From the NCBI GenBank assembly GCA_965655095.1, contig OZ296656.1:39928001-39992000 (forward strand): a DNA stretch of 64,000 bases. Reading direction: 5' to 3'. Under the pieces are notes generated by a model. It saw only the letters and a list, made by a program, of their open reading frames with translations, had not been told where the DNA came from and ran no database searches. Positions 14,451-28,450 of the stretch are shown here, piece by piece. The translations under genes were made by a program, and so were the position numbers. The stretch's first letter is position 1. Every line of letters starts with the position of its first letter. The DNA comes from Haplodiscus bocki (taxonomy: Eukaryota).

Positions 14451-17400
14451 TGCACGGAAAACAAGCCCCGGGAGAAAATGAACAGAAAAACACCTGTGAA
14501 AAAGCGCAGGATAGGGACCTTTAGAAAAGGGCGCAGAGAAAATCCCTGTGAAACATCACACCAAAATTTTTTTTGAAAAGCCCCATGGAAAAGATACCCG
14601 TAAAATAGGTCACGAAAACAGCCCAGACAAAGCAAAGTTGGTGAAAAGTTGCTGCAATTGAGCGCCCGGAAAAACTCCACGCTAAAATGTACACAAGAGA
14701 AACACCTGTGGAACAGCGCACAAAAATTCACCTATAATAGAACGCAGATAAAAAGCCCAGACAGAGCAGCTCAGGTGAAAAACAGCTCCAAAGGAGCGCA
14801 CGGAAAAGCCTATGCGAAAGTCTACGCGGGCCAAGCCACTGCTATAGAGCGCACTCAAAAAGCTCCTATCAAAGACCGCAGAGAGAAATCCCCCGCAAAA
14901 AAGCGCACTGAAATTAATCCTGCAAAAAACACACGGAAAAAAATCTCAGCGAGGGAGCGCACTGAAAAAGCCACTTCAACAGAAGGAACGGAACAAGCCG
15001 TCTTGAAAGAGTGCTCGCAAAAAGGCAGTGCGATAAAGTGCACGAAAAAAGCCCCCGAGACAAAGCCTATGGAAATCGCCCATGCAAAAGAGTTCACGAA
15101 AAATGTCCCCGGGCAGCCCACGGTAAAAGTGCCTCCGGAAGTGCATGCAGAAGGAGCCCTGCGAGGAAGGGCAAGAAATGTTGACCCGCGCAAAAAGTCC
15201 ATGTAAATCGTCCGTGTGAGAGTGTTTAAGGAAGATGTCCCTGGGAAAGAACCCACCCTAAAAGCCCCGGGAAAGTGCAAACAGATGAAGCCTTGCGAAA
15301 GGGGGCATGGAAAAAGCCCCTACAAAAAAGCGCACCGATTTATCCCCGCGAGAACGCGCACTGAAATTATTCATTCGAAAGAGTGCAAGGAGAGAATCCA
15401 GCTGAACGAGCGCGCAGGAAAAACCACTGCGAAAATAAAGCACGGAAGAAGTTGGTGCGTAAGAGTGCTCGCGAAAAGCACCGCGAAAAAGCTCATGGAA
15501 GTCGTAAATGCGAGAGAGTTTACGGTAGATGTCCACGGAAAGGAGCGCACGGTATAAAGCCTGCGAAAGTGCATACAGATTGAGCCCTGCGAATGAGGGC
15601 ATAGACAAAAGCCCCTGCAAAAAAGCGCACAGAAGAACCCCCACGAAAGAGCTCATGGAACTCTCCCCCACGAAAAAGTGCTTGACAAAAAAGCCACGCA
15701 CAGAAGCCCTCGGAAGAAGCACTTGTGAAAGAGCGCACGACATAGCCTCTTAGAAAAGGGCGCAGCTAACCAGCGGCTCCAAAAAAGCGCACGGAAAAAC
15801 CTCTGCCGAAAACGCACGGAAAAAAGCCCCGCAAAGGAATGCAAGGGGAAAATCGAAGACAGAACCCACCAAAACGTTCCTCGTGAATGAGAAAGCGCAA
15901 CGAAACTACCCCTGGAAAAGAGAGCACGGAAAATGCCACCGGGAAAGAGCCCACGGTATAAGCTTTGCAAACGTTAATGCAGAAGAAGCCCTGTGAACGA
16001 AAGAGGACGTGGAGAAAAGGTCCTGCAAAAAAGTTCATGCAAAAATTCACTGAAAATAAGCGCACGGAAAAAGCTCCCGGGATAAGCCATGAATAACTGC
16101 GCTGCGAAAACAGGCATGGAAAAAAGCACCGCGAGGGAATCCATGGAAATCGTCCATGCGAAGGAGTGCACGGAAAACAAGCCCCGGTAGAAAATGAACA
16201 GAAAAACACCTGTGAAAAGGCGCAGGATAGGGACCTTTAGAAAAGGGCGCAGAGAAAACCCCTGTGAAAAATCACACCAAAATTTTTTTTGGAAAAGCCT
16301 CATGGAAAACACACCCGTAAAATAGGTCACGAAAACAGCCCAGACAAAGCAGTGCTGGTGAAAAGTTGCTGCAATTGTTCGCCCGGAAAAACTCCACGCT
16401 AAAATGTACACAAGAGAATCACCTGTGGAATAGCGCACAAAAATTCACCTATAATAGAACGCAGATAAAAAGCCCAGACAAAGCAGCTCAGGTGAAAAGC
16501 CGCTCCAAAGGAGCGCACGGAAAAGCCCATGCGAAAGACTACGCAGGCCAAGCCACTGCTAAAGAGCGCACTCAAAAAGCTCCTATCAAAGACCGCACCG
16601 AGAGATTCCCCGCAAAAAAGCGCTTTGAATTTAATCCTGCAAAAAACACACGGAAAAAAAATCCCAGCGAGAGAGCGCACTGAAAAAGCCACTTCAACAG
16701 AAGGAACGGAACAAGCCGTCTTGAAAGAGTGCTCGCAAAAAGGCAGTGCGATAAAGTGCACGAAAAAAGCCCCCGAGACAAAGCCTATGGAAATCGCCCA
16801 TGCAAAAGAGTTCACGAAAAATGTCCCCGGGCAGCCCACGGTAAAAGTGCCTCCGGAAGTGCATGCAGAAGAAGCCCTGCGAGGAAGGGCAAGAAATGTT
16901 GACCCGCGCAAAAAGTCCATGTAAATCGTCCGTGTGAGAGTGTTTAAGGAAGATGTCCCTGGGAAAGAACCCACCCTAAAAGCCCTGGGAAAGTGCAAAC
17001 AGATGAAGCCTTGCGAAAGAGGGCATGGAAAAAGCCCCTACAAAAAAGCGCACCGATTTATCCCCGCGATAACGCGCACTGAAATTATTCATTCGAAAGA
17101 GTGCAAGGAGAGAATCCAGCTGAACGAGCGCGCAGGAAAAACCACTGCGAAAATAAAGCACGGAAGAAGTTGGTGCGTAAGAGTGCTCGCGAAAAGCACC
17201 GCGAAAAAGCTCATGGAAGTCGTAAATGCGAGAGAGTTTACGGTAGAAGTCCACGGAAAGGAGCGCACGGTATAAAGCCTGCGAAATTGCATACAGATTG
17301 AGCCCTGCGAATGAGGGCATAGACAAAAGCCCCTGCAAAAAAGCGCACAGAAGAACCCGCACGAAAGAGCTCATGGAACTCTCCCCCACGAAAAAGTGCT

Positions 17401-18630
17401 TGACAAAAAAGCCACGCACAGAAGCCCTCGGAAGAAGCACTTGTGAAAGAGCGCACGACATAGCCTCTTAGAAAAGAGCGCAGCTAACCAGCGGCTCCAA
17501 AAAAGCGCACGGAAAAACCTCTGCCGAAACCGCACGGAAAAAAGCCCCGCAAAGGAATGCAAGGGGAAAATCGAAGACAGAAACCACCTAAACGTCCCCC
17601 GTGAGAGAGCGCAATGAAACCACATCTGGAAAGGAGAGCACGGAAATGCCACCGGTAAAGAGCCCACGGTATAAGCTTTGCGAAAGTTAATGCAGAAGAA
17701 GCCCTGTGAACGAAAGAGAACGTGGAGAAAAGGTCCTGCAAAAAAGTTCATGCAAAATTTCACTGAAAATAAGCGCACGGAAAAAGCTCCTGGGATAGGC
17801 CCATGAATAACTGGGCTGCGAAAACAGGCATGGAAAAAAGCGCCGCGAGGGAGTCTATGGAAATCGTCCATGCGAAGGAGTGCACGGAAAACAAGCCCCG
17901 GGAGAGAATGAACAGAAAAACGCCTGTGAAAAAGCGCAGGAAAGGGACCTTCAGAAAAGGGCGCAGAGAAAACCACTTTGAAACATCACACCAAAATTTC
18001 TTTTCGAAAATTCCCGTAGAAAAGACACCTGTAAGATAGGTCACGAAAAAAACCCAGACAAAGCAGTGTTGGTAAAAAGTTGCTGCAATTGAGCCAACGG
18101 AAAATCTCCACGATAAAATGTACACAAGAAAAACACCTGTGGAACAGCGCACGAAAAAAACACTTATAATAGAACGCAGATAAAAAGCCCAGAAAAAGCA
18201 GCTCAGGTGAAAAGCCGCTCCAAAGGAGCGCACGGAAAAGTCTTTGCGAAAGACTACGCGGGCCAAGCCACTGCTAAGGGGCGCACTCAAAAAGCTCCTA
18301 TCAAAGACCGCACCGAGAAAGCCCCCGCAAAAAGCGCACTGAAATTAATTCTGAAAAAAAACACGGAAAAACTCCCAGAGAGGGAGCGCACAGAAAAAGC
18401 CACTTCAAAAGAAGGAACGGAACAAGCCGTCGTGAAAGGGTCCTCGAAAAAAGGCCCTGCGAATAAGCGCACGAAGAAAGCCCCGGAGACAAAGCCTATG
18501 GAAATCGTCCATGCGAAACAGTTCCCGAAAGATGTCCCCGGGCAAAAGCCCACGGTAAAAGCGCTGCGAAAGTGCATGCAGAAGAAGCCCTGCGAGGAAG
18601 GGCAAGAAAAATTGCCCCGCGAAAGAGTCC
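13610..18630 (+). repeat. ~1.72-kb HOR, ~3 tandem copies
   Basis: The marker GCCTCTTAGAAAA occurs at ~14032, 15745 and 17463. Near-identical ORF translations are offset by 1717-1718 (15216/16934, 15258/16976, 15383/17101, 14649/16366). Confidence 0.9.
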
Positions 18631-18763
18631 ATGTAAATTATCAATGGGAGAGTGTTTAAGGAAGATGCCCCGGGGAAAGAACCCACCGTAAAAGCACTGG
18701 GAAAGTGGAAACAGAAGCAGCCCTGCGGAAGACGGCATGGAAAAATGCCCCTACAAAAAAGCG
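18498..18763 (+). repeat. Two adjacent copies of the ~133-bp five-monomer module (example; the module recurs throughout the window)
   Basis: ATGGAAATCGTCCATGCG at 18498 and its diverged equivalent ATGTAAATTATCAATGGG at 18631 are 133 bp apart. Each is followed by GATG(T/C)CCCGGG - CCCAC(G/C)GTAAAAGC - AAAGTG..CAGAAG.AGCCCTGCG - GGCA. Confidence 0.85.
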
Positions 18764-21700
18764 CACGCGCAAAGCCAATTCTGAAAAGTGCTCGGAAAAG
18801 ATCCCCACGAAGGAGCTGATAGAAATCTCCCCCGCAAAACAGTGCACGTTAAAAAAGCCCCGCAAAAAATTTCACGGTAAAAGCACTTGTGAGAGAACGC
18901 ACAACAGAATTTCTTACAAAAGCGCGAAGTTAAAAAGCTGCTGCGAAAAAGAGCACGGAAAAAACCTCCGCGAAAGGGTGCACGGAGAAAAGCCCCGCAA
19001 AAAAATGCAAGGAAAAAACGCCGGAGAGAACGCACCAAAAAATTCCCCGCCAGAGACCGCACTGCAAATGTCCGTGCAAAAGAAAGCACGGAAGATCCCC
19101 CGTGAAGGAGCCCACCGTAAGGTCCCTGCGAGAGTGCATGGAGAAGATATCCTACGACACAAGGCATGGAAAAAAGCCCCGCCCAAAAAACTCATGGAGA
19201 TCCTCCGTGCGAAAGAGTTCACCTAAGATGTCCCAAGAGAGAGCCCACCTAAAAGCGCTGCGAATATGCATGCAGAAGGGCCCTGCGAAAAGTGGCATAG
19301 AAAAAAACGCACGGTAAAAGCCCTTCAAAAAAGCTCATGCAAAAGGCCACTGCAAAAAAACGCTCGGAAAAAAACCCCAAGAGAACCTCATGAAGTTTTC
19401 CTTGGTGAAAGAGTGCAAGATAAAAAGTCCCCGTGAAAAAGCCCACAGAAAAAGCGCTTGTGAAAAAGCGCATAATGGAAGTTATTAGAAAAGAGCGAAT
19501 CTAAAAAGCTGCTGCGGAATAGCGCACGCAAAAGCCTCATCCATGCCCGCATGGAAAAAAGCACTACAAAGGAATGCAAGGAGAGAATCCCGGAGAAAAC
19601 GATCCAAAATGTCCCCCGGGAGAGAAGACACTGAAAACGCCCCTGGAAAAAAGAGCACGGAAGATGACACCGGGAAAGAGCTCACAGTAAAAGCCTTGCG
19701 GAAGTTAATGCAGGAGAAGCCCAGCGAACGAAAGAGAACGTGGAAAAAAGGTCCTGCGAATGAGTGCACGCAAAAAATACCTGCAAATAAGCGCACGGAA
19801 AAGGTTCCCGGGGATAAGCCCATGAAAAACCGCGCTGCGAAAGCAGGCATGGAAAAAAGCACCGCGAAGGAGTCCATGGAAATCGTCCATGCGAAGGAGT
19901 GCACGGAAAACAAGCCCCGGGAGAAAATGAGCAGAAAAACACCTGTGAAAAAGCGCAGGAAAGGGACCTTTAGAAAAGGGCGCAGAGAAAACCGCTTTGA
20001 AACATCACACCAAAGTTTCTTTTCAAAAATCCCCATGGAAAAGACACCTGTAACATAGGTCACGAAAAAAACCCAGACAAAGCAGTGTTGGTAAAAAGTT
20101 GCTGCAATTGAGCCAACGGAAAGCTTATGCAAAAGACTACATGGACAAAGCAACTGCTAAATGGTGCACTCAAAAAGTCCCTACCAATGAGCGCACGGAT
20201 ACACTCCACGCTAAGATGTCCATAAGAGGATTACCTGTGGAACAGCGCACGAAAAAACACACTTATAATGGAGCGCAGAGAAAAAGCCCAGACAAAGCAG
20301 CTCAGGTGAAAAACTGCTCCGATGGAGCGCACGGAAAAGCCTATGCGAAGGACTGCCAAAGAGCGCACTCAAAAAGGTCCTATCAAAAACTGCACCGAGA
20401 ACTCCCTCGCAAGAAAGCGCACTGAAAGTAATCCTGCCAAAAACACACGGAAAAAAATCCCAGCGAGAGAGCGCACTGAAAAAGCCACTTCAACAGAAGG
20501 AACGGAACAAGCCGTCTTGAAAGAGTGCTCGGAAAAAGGCACTGCGAAAAAGTGCACGAAAAAAGCCCCCGAGACAAAGCCTATGGAAATCGCCCATGCA
20601 AAAGAGTTCATGAAAAATGTCCCCGGGCAGCCCACGGTAAAAGTGCCTCCGGAAGTGCATGCAGAAGAAGCCCTGCGAGGAAGGGCAAGAAATGTTGACC
20701 CGCGCAAAAAGTCCATGTAAATCGTCCGTGTGAGAGTGTTTAAGGAAGATGTCCCTGGGAAAGAACCCTCCCAAAAAGCCCTGGGAAAGTGCAAACAGAT
20801 GAAGCCCTGCGAAAGAGGGCATGGAAAAAGCCCCTACGAAAAAGCGCACCGAAATATCCCTCGCGAGAACGCGCACTGAAATTAATCATTCGAAAGAGTG
20901 CACGCATTGAATCCGGCTGAACGAGCGCGCAGAAAGAACCACTGCAAAAATAAAGCAGGGAGGAAGTTGGTGCACAAGAGTGCTCGCGAAAAGCACCGCG
21001 AAAAAGCTCATGGAATTCGTCCATGCGAGAGAGTTTACGGTAGATGTCCAGGGAAAAGAGCGCACGGTAAAAAGCCTGCAAAAGTGCATACAGATTGAGC
21101 CCTGCGAAAGAGGGCATAGAAGAAAGCCCCTGCAAAAACGCGCACAGAAAAACACCCACGAAAGAGCTCATGGAACTCTCCCCCACGAAAAAGTGCTTGA
21201 TAAAAAAGCCACGCAAAGAAGCCCTCGGAAGAAGCACTTGTGAAAGAGCGCACGACATAGTCTCTTAGAAAAGAGCGCAGCCAACCAGCGGCTCCAAAAA
21301 AGCGCACGGAAAACCCTCTGCCAAAACGCACGGAAAAAAGCCCCGCAAAGGAATGCAAGGGGAAAATATAAGACAGAAACCACCAAAACGTCCCCCGTGA
21401 GAGAGCGCAATGAAACCACCCCTGGAAAGGAGAGCACGGAAAATGCCACCGGGACAGAGCCCACAGTATAAGCTTTGCGAAAGTTAATGCAGAAGAAGCC
21501 CTGTGAACGAAAGAGGACGTGGAGAAAAGGTCCTGCAAAAAAGTTCATGCAAAAAGTCAATTGAAATAAGCGCACGGAAAAAGCTCGCGGGATAAGCCCA
21601 TGAATAACTGCGCTGCGAAAACAGGCATGGACAAAAGCACCGCGAGGGAGTCCATGGAAATCGTTCATGCGAAGGAGTGCACGGAAAACAAGCCCCGGGA

Positions 21701-24700
21701 GAGAATGAACAGAAAAACACCTGTGAAAAAGCGCAGGAAAGGGACCTTTAGAAAAGGGCGGAGAGAAAACCCCTTTGAAACATCACACCAAAATTTCTTT
21801 TCGAAAATCCCCATGGAAAAGACATCTGTAAGATAGGTCACGAAAAAAACCCAGACAAAGCAGTGTTGGTAAAAAGTTGCTGCAATTGAGCCAACGGAAA
21901 TTCTCCACGCTAAAATGTACACAAGAAAAACACCCGTGGAACAGCGCACGAAAAAAAACACCTATAATAGAACGCAGATAAAAAGCCCAGACAAAGCAGC
22001 TCAGGTGAAAAGCCGCTCCAAAGGAGCGCACGGAAAAGCCTATGCGAAAGACTACGCGGGCCAAGCCACTGCTAGGGGGAGCACTCGAAAAGCTCCTATC
22101 AAAGACCGCACCGAGAAATCCCCCGCAAAAAAGCGTACTGAAATTAATCCTGCAAAAAACACACGGAAAAAAATCCCAGCGAGGGAGCGCACTGAAGATG
22201 TCCGTGCAAAAGGAAGCACGGAAGATGCCCCCGTGAAGGAGCCCACCGTAAAAGCTTTGCGATAGTGCATGCAGAAGAAGCCCTACCACAGAAGGCATGG
22301 AAAAAAGCCCCACCAAAAACGCCCATTGAATTTCTCCGTGTGAAACGGTTCACGTAGGATGTCCCGGGAGAGAGCCCACGGTAAAAGCGCTGCGAATATG
22401 CATGCAGAAGAAGCTCTGCCAAAAAGGGCATGAAAAAAACCGCCGCGAAGGAGTCCATAATTTGTCCGTGCGAAAGTAATCACGTAAGATGTCCCCGGGC
22501 AAAAGCCAACGGTAAAAGCGCTGCGAAAGTGCATGCAGAAGAAGCCCTGCGAGGAAGTGCATGAAAAATTGCCCCGCGAAAGAGTCCATGTAAATTATCA
22601 ATGGGAGAGTGTTTAAGGAAGATGCCCCGGGGAAAGAACCCACCGTAAAAGCACTGGGAAAGTGGAAACAGAAGCAGCCCTGCGGAAGACGGCATGGAAA
22701 AATGCCCCTACAAAAAAGCGCACGCGCAAAGCCAATTCTGAAAAGTGCTCGGAAAAGATCCCCACGAAGGAGCTGATAGAAATCTCCCCCGCAAAACAAT
22801 TCACGATAAAAAGGCCACGCAAAAAAATTCACGGAAAAAGCTCTTGTGAGAAAGCGCACAACAGAAATTTTTAGGAAAGTGCGAATTTAAAAAGCTGCTG
22901 CGAAAAAGAGCACGGAAAAAACCTCCGCGAAAGGGTGCACGGAGAAAAGCCCCGCAAAAAATGCAAGGAAAAAACGCCGGAGAGAACGCACCAAAAAATT
23001 TCCCGCCAGAGACCGCACTGAAAATGTCCGCGCAAAAGAAAGCATGGAAGATGCCCCCGTGGAGGAGCCCACCGTAAGGTCCCTGCGAGAGTGCATGGAG
23101 AAGATGTCCTACGACAGAAGGCATGGAAAAAAGCCACGCCAAAAAAACCCATGGAGATCCTCCGTGCGAAAGAGTTCACCTAAGATGTCCCGAGAGAGAG
23201 CCCACGTAAAAGCGCTGCGAATATGCATGCAGAAGGGCCCTGCGAAAAGTGGCATAGAAAAAAACGCACGGTAAAAGCCCTTCAAAAAAGCTCATGCAAA
23301 AGGCCACTGCAAAAAAAACGCTCGGAAAAAAACCCCACGAGAACCTCATGAAGTTTTCCTTGGTGAAAGAGTGCAAGATAAAAAGTCCCCGTGAAAAAGC
23401 CCACAGAAAAAGCGCTTGTGAAAAAGCGCATAATGGAAGTTATTAGAAAAGAGCGAATCTAAAAAGCTGCTGCGGAATAGCGCACGCAAAAGCCTCCTCC
23501 ATGCCCGCATTGAAAAAAGCACTACAAAGGAATGCAAGGAGAGAATCCCGGAGAAAACGATCCAAAATGTCCCCCGGGAGAGAAGACACTGAAAACGCCC
23601 CTGGAAAAAAAGAGCACGGAAGATGACACCGGGAAAGAGCTCACAGTAAAAGCCTTGCGGAAGTTAATGCAGGAGAAGCCCAGCGAACGAAAGAGAACGT
23701 GGAAAAAAGGTCCTGCGAATGAGTGCACGCAAAAAATACCTGCAAATAAGCGCACGGAAAAGGTTCCCGGGGATAAGCCCATGAAAAACCGCGCTGCGAA
23801 AGCAGGCATGGAAAAAAGCACCGCGAAGGAGTCCATGGAAATCGTCCATGCGAAGGAGTGCACGGAAAACAAGCCCCGGGAGAAAATGAGCAGAAAAACA
23901 CCTGTGAAAAAGCGCAGGAAAGGGACCTTTAGAAAAGGGCGCAGAGAAAACCGCTTTGAAACATCACACCAAAGTTTCTTTTCAAAAATCCCCATGGAAA
24001 AGACACCTGTAACATAGGTCACGAAAAAAACCCAGACAAAGCAGTGTTGGTAAAAAGTTGCTGCAATTGAGCCAACGGAAAGCTTATGCAAAAGACTACA
24101 TGGACAAAGCAACTGCTAAATGGTGCACTCAAAAAGTCCCTACCAATGAGCGCACGGATACACTCCACGCTAAGATGTCCATAAGAGGATTACCTGTGGA
24201 ACAGCGCACGAAAAAACACACTTATAATGGAGCGCAGAGAAAAAGCCCAGACAAAGCAGCTCAGGTGAAAAACTGCTCCGATGGAGCGCACGGAAAAGCC
24301 TATGCGAAGGACTGCCAAAGAGCGCACTCAAAAAGGTCCTATCAAAAACTGCACCGAGAACTCCCTCGCAAGAAAGCGCACTGAAAGTAATCCTGCCAAA
24401 AACACACGGAAAAAAATCCCAGCGAGAGAGCGCACTGAAAAAGCCACTTCAACAGAAGGAACGGAACAAGCCGTCTTGAAAGAGTGCTCGGAAAAAGGCA
24501 CTGCGAAAAAGTGCACGAAAAAAGCCCCCGAGACAAAGCCTATGGAAATCGCCCATGCAAAAGAGTTCATGAAAAATGTCCCCGGGCAGCCCACGGTAAA
24601 AGTGCCTCCGGAAGTGCAAACAGATGAAGCCCTGCGAAAGAGGGCATGGAAAAAGCCCCTACGAAAAAGCGCACCGAAATATCCCTCGCGAGAACGCGCA

Positions 24701-27700
24701 CTGAAATTAATCATTCGAAAGAGTGCACGCATTGAATCCGGCTGAACGAGCGCGCAGAAAAAACCACTGCAAAAATAAAGCAGGGAGGAAGTTGGTGCAC
24801 AAGAGTGCTCGCGAAAAGCACCGCGAAAAAGCTCATGGAATTCGTCCATGCGAGAGAATTTACGGTAGATGTCCAGGGAAAAGAGCGCACGGTAAAAAGC
24901 CTGCAAAAGTGCATACAGACTGAGCCCTGCGAAAGAGGGCATAGAAAAAAGCCCCTGCAAAAACGCGCACAGAAAAACCCCCACGAAAGAGCTCATGGAA
25001 CTCTCCCCCACGAAAAAGTGCTTGATAAAAAAGCCACGCAAAGAAGCCCTCGGAAGAAGCACTTGTGAAAGAGCGCACGACATAGTCTCTTAGAAAAGAG
25101 CGCAGCTAACCAGGGGCTCCAAAAAAGCGCACGGAAAACCCTCTGCCAAAACCGCACGGAAAAAAGCCCCGCAAAGGAATGCAAGGGAAAAATATAAGAC
25201 AGAAACCACCAAAACGTCCCCCGTGAGAGAGCGCAATGAAACCACCCCTGGAAAGGAGAGCACGGAAAATGCCACCGGGAAAGAGCCCACGGTATAAGCT
25301 TTGCGAAAGTTAATGCAGAAGAAGCCCTGTGAACGAAAGAGGACGTGGAGAAAAGGTCCTGCAAAAAAGTTCATGCAAAAATTCACTGAAAATAAGCGCA
25401 CGGAAAAAACTCCCGGGATAAGCCCATGAATAACTGCGCTGCGAAAACAGGCATGGACAAAAGCACCGCGAGGGAGTCCATGGAAATCGTTCATGCGAAG
25501 GAGTGCACGGAAAACAAGCCCCGGGATAGAATGAACAGAAAAACACCTGTGAAAAAGCGCAGGAAAGGGACCTTTAGAAAAGGGCGGAGAGAAAACCCCT
25601 TTGAAACATCACACCAAATTTTCTTTTCGAAAATCCCCATGGAAAAGACGTCTGTAAGATAGGTCACGAAAAAAACCCAGACAAAGCAGTGTTGGTAAAA
25701 AGTTGCTGCAATTGAGCCAACGGAAATTCTCCACGCTAAAATTTACACAAGAAAAACACCCGTGGAACAGCGCACGAAAAAAACACCTATAATAGAACGC
25801 AGATAAAAAGCCCAGACAAAGCAGCTCAGGTGAAAAGCCGCTCCAAAGGAGCGCACGGAAAAGCCTATGCGAAAGACTACGCGGGCCATGCCACTGCTAG
25901 GGGCGCACTCGAAAAGCTCCTATCAAAGACCGCACCGAGAAATCCCCCGCAAAAAAGCGTACTGAAATTAATCCTGCAAAAAACACACGGAAAAAAGTCC
26001 CAGCGAGGGAGCGCACTGAAAATGTCCGTGCAAAAGGAAGCACGGAAGATGCCCCCGTGAAGGAGCCCACCGTAAAAGCTTTGCGATATTGCATGCAGAA
26101 GAAGCCCTACCACAGAAGGCATGGGAAAAAGCCCCACCAAAAACGCCCATTGAATTTCTCCGTGCGAAACGGTTCACGTAGGATGTCCCGGGAGAGAGCC
26201 CACGGTAAAAGCGCTGCGAATATGCATGCAGAAGAAGCTCTGCCAAAAAGGGCATGAAAAAAACCGCCGCGAAGGAGTCCATAATTTGTCCGTGCGAAAG
26301 TAATCACGTAAGATGTCCCCGGGCAAAAGCCAACGGTAAAAGCGCTGCGAAAGTGCATGCAGAAGAAGCCCTGCGAGGAAGGGCATGAAAAATTGCCCCG
26401 CGAAAGAGTCCATGTAAATTATCAATGGGAGAGTGTTTAAGGAAGATGCCCCGGGGAAAGAACCCACCGTAAAAGCATTGGGAAAGTGGAAACAGAAGCG
26501 GCCCTGCGGAAGACGGCATGGAAAAATGCCCCTACAAAAAAGCGCACGCGCAAAGCCAATTCTGAAAAGTGCTCGGAAAAGATCCCCACGAAGGAGCTGA
26601 TAGAAATCTCCCCCGCAAAACAGTTCACGATAAAAAGGCCACGCAAAAAAATTCACGGAAAAAGCTCTTGTGAGAAAGCGCACAACAGAAGATTTTAGGA
26701 AAGTGCGAATTTAAAAAGCTGCTGCGAAAAAGAGCACGGAAAAAACCTCCGCGAAAGGGTGCACGGAGAAAAGCCCCGCAAAAAAATGCAAGGAAAAAAC
26801 GCCGGAGAGAACGCACCAAAAAATTTCCCGCCAGAGACCGCACTGAAAATGTCCGTACAAAAGAAAGCACGGAAGATGCCCCCGTGAAGGAGCCCTCCGT
26901 AAGGTCCCTGCGAGAGTGCATGGAGAAGATGTCCTACGACAGAAGGCATGAAAAAAAGCCCCGCCAAAAAAACACTTGGAGATCCTCCGTGCGAAAGAGT
27001 TCACCTAAGATGTCCCGAGAGAGAGCCCACGTAAAAGCGCTGCGAATATGCATGCAGAAGGGCCCTGCGAAAAGTGGCATAGAAAAAAACGCACGGTAAA
27101 AGCCCTTCAAAAAAGCTCATCATGCAAAAGGCCACTGCAAAAAAAACGCTCGGAAAAAAACCCCACGAGAACCTCATGAAGTTTTCCTTGGTGAAAGAGT
27201 GCAAGATAAAAAGTCCCCGTGAAAAAGCCCACAGAAAAAGCGCTTGTGAAAAAGCGCATAATGGAAGTTATTAGAAAAGAGCGAATCTAAAAAGCTGCTG
27301 CGGAATAGCGCACGCAAAAGCCTCCTCCATGCCCGCATTGAAAAAAGCACTACAAAGGAATGCAAGGAGAGAATCCCGGAGAAAACGATCCAAAATGTCC
27401 CCCGGGAGAGAAGACACTGAAAACGCCCCTGGAAAAAAGAGCACGGAAGATGACACCGGGAAAGAGCTCACAGTAAAAGCCTTGCGGAAGTTAATGCAGG
27501 AGAAGGAAGCCCTGCGAACGAAAGAGAACGTGGAAAAAAGGTCCTGCGAATGAGTGCACGCAAAAAATAGCTGCAAATAAGCGCACGGAAAAGGTTCCCG
27601 GGGATAAGCCCATGAAAAACCGCGCTGCGAAAGCAGGCATGGAAAAAAGCACCGCGAAGGAGTCCATGGAAATCGTTCATGCGAAAGAGTGCACGGAAAA

Positions 27701-28450
27701 CAAGCCCCGGGAAAGAATGAACAGAAAAACCCGTGTGGAAGAGCACAGGAACAAGACCCTTAAAAAAAGGCGCAGAGAAAACCCCTGTGAAACATCACAC
27801 CATTTTTTTTCGAAAAACCCCATGGAAAAAACACCTATAAAATAGGTCACGAAAAAAACCCAGACAAAGCAGTGTTGGTAAAAAGCTGCTGCAATTGAGC
27901 GAACGGAAAGCCTATGCAAAAGACTACATGGACAAAGCAATTGCTAAATGGTGCACTCAAAAAGTCCCTTCCAATGAGCGCACGGATAAACTCCACGCTA
28001 AAATGTCCACAAGAGTGGTGCAGTGTGGAACAGCGCACGAAAAAACACACTTATAATAGAGCGCAGAGAAAAAGCCCAGACAAAGCAGCTCAGGTGAAAA
28101 ACTGCTCCGATGGAGCGCACGGAAAAACCTATGCGAAGGACTGCTAAAGAGCGCACTCAAAAAGGTCCTATCAAAAACCGCACCGAGAACTCCCTCGCAA
28201 GAAAGCGCACTGAAATTAATCCTGCAAAAAACACACGGGAAAAAATCCCAGCGAGAGAGCGCACAGAAAAAGCCACTTCGAAAAAAGGAACGGAACAAGC
28301 CGTCGTGAAAGTGTGCTCGCAAAACGGCACTGAGAATAAGCGCACGAAAAAAGCCCCCGAGACAAAACCTATGGAAGTCGTCCATGCGAAAGAGTTCACG
28401 AAAGATGTCCCAAGGCAAAAACCCACGGTAAAAGTGCCGCGAAAGTGCAT
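18530..28450 (+). repeat. ~3.96-kb HOR, ~2.5 tandem copies (second copy 3.82 kb); contains a 1.72-kb-type unit internally
   Basis: GATGTCCCCGGGCAAAAGCC occurs at 18531, 22488 and 26312 (offsets 3957, 3824). Matching ORF translations lie at 20099/24058 (identical), 20322/24281 and 18656/22613/26437. Confidence 0.9.
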
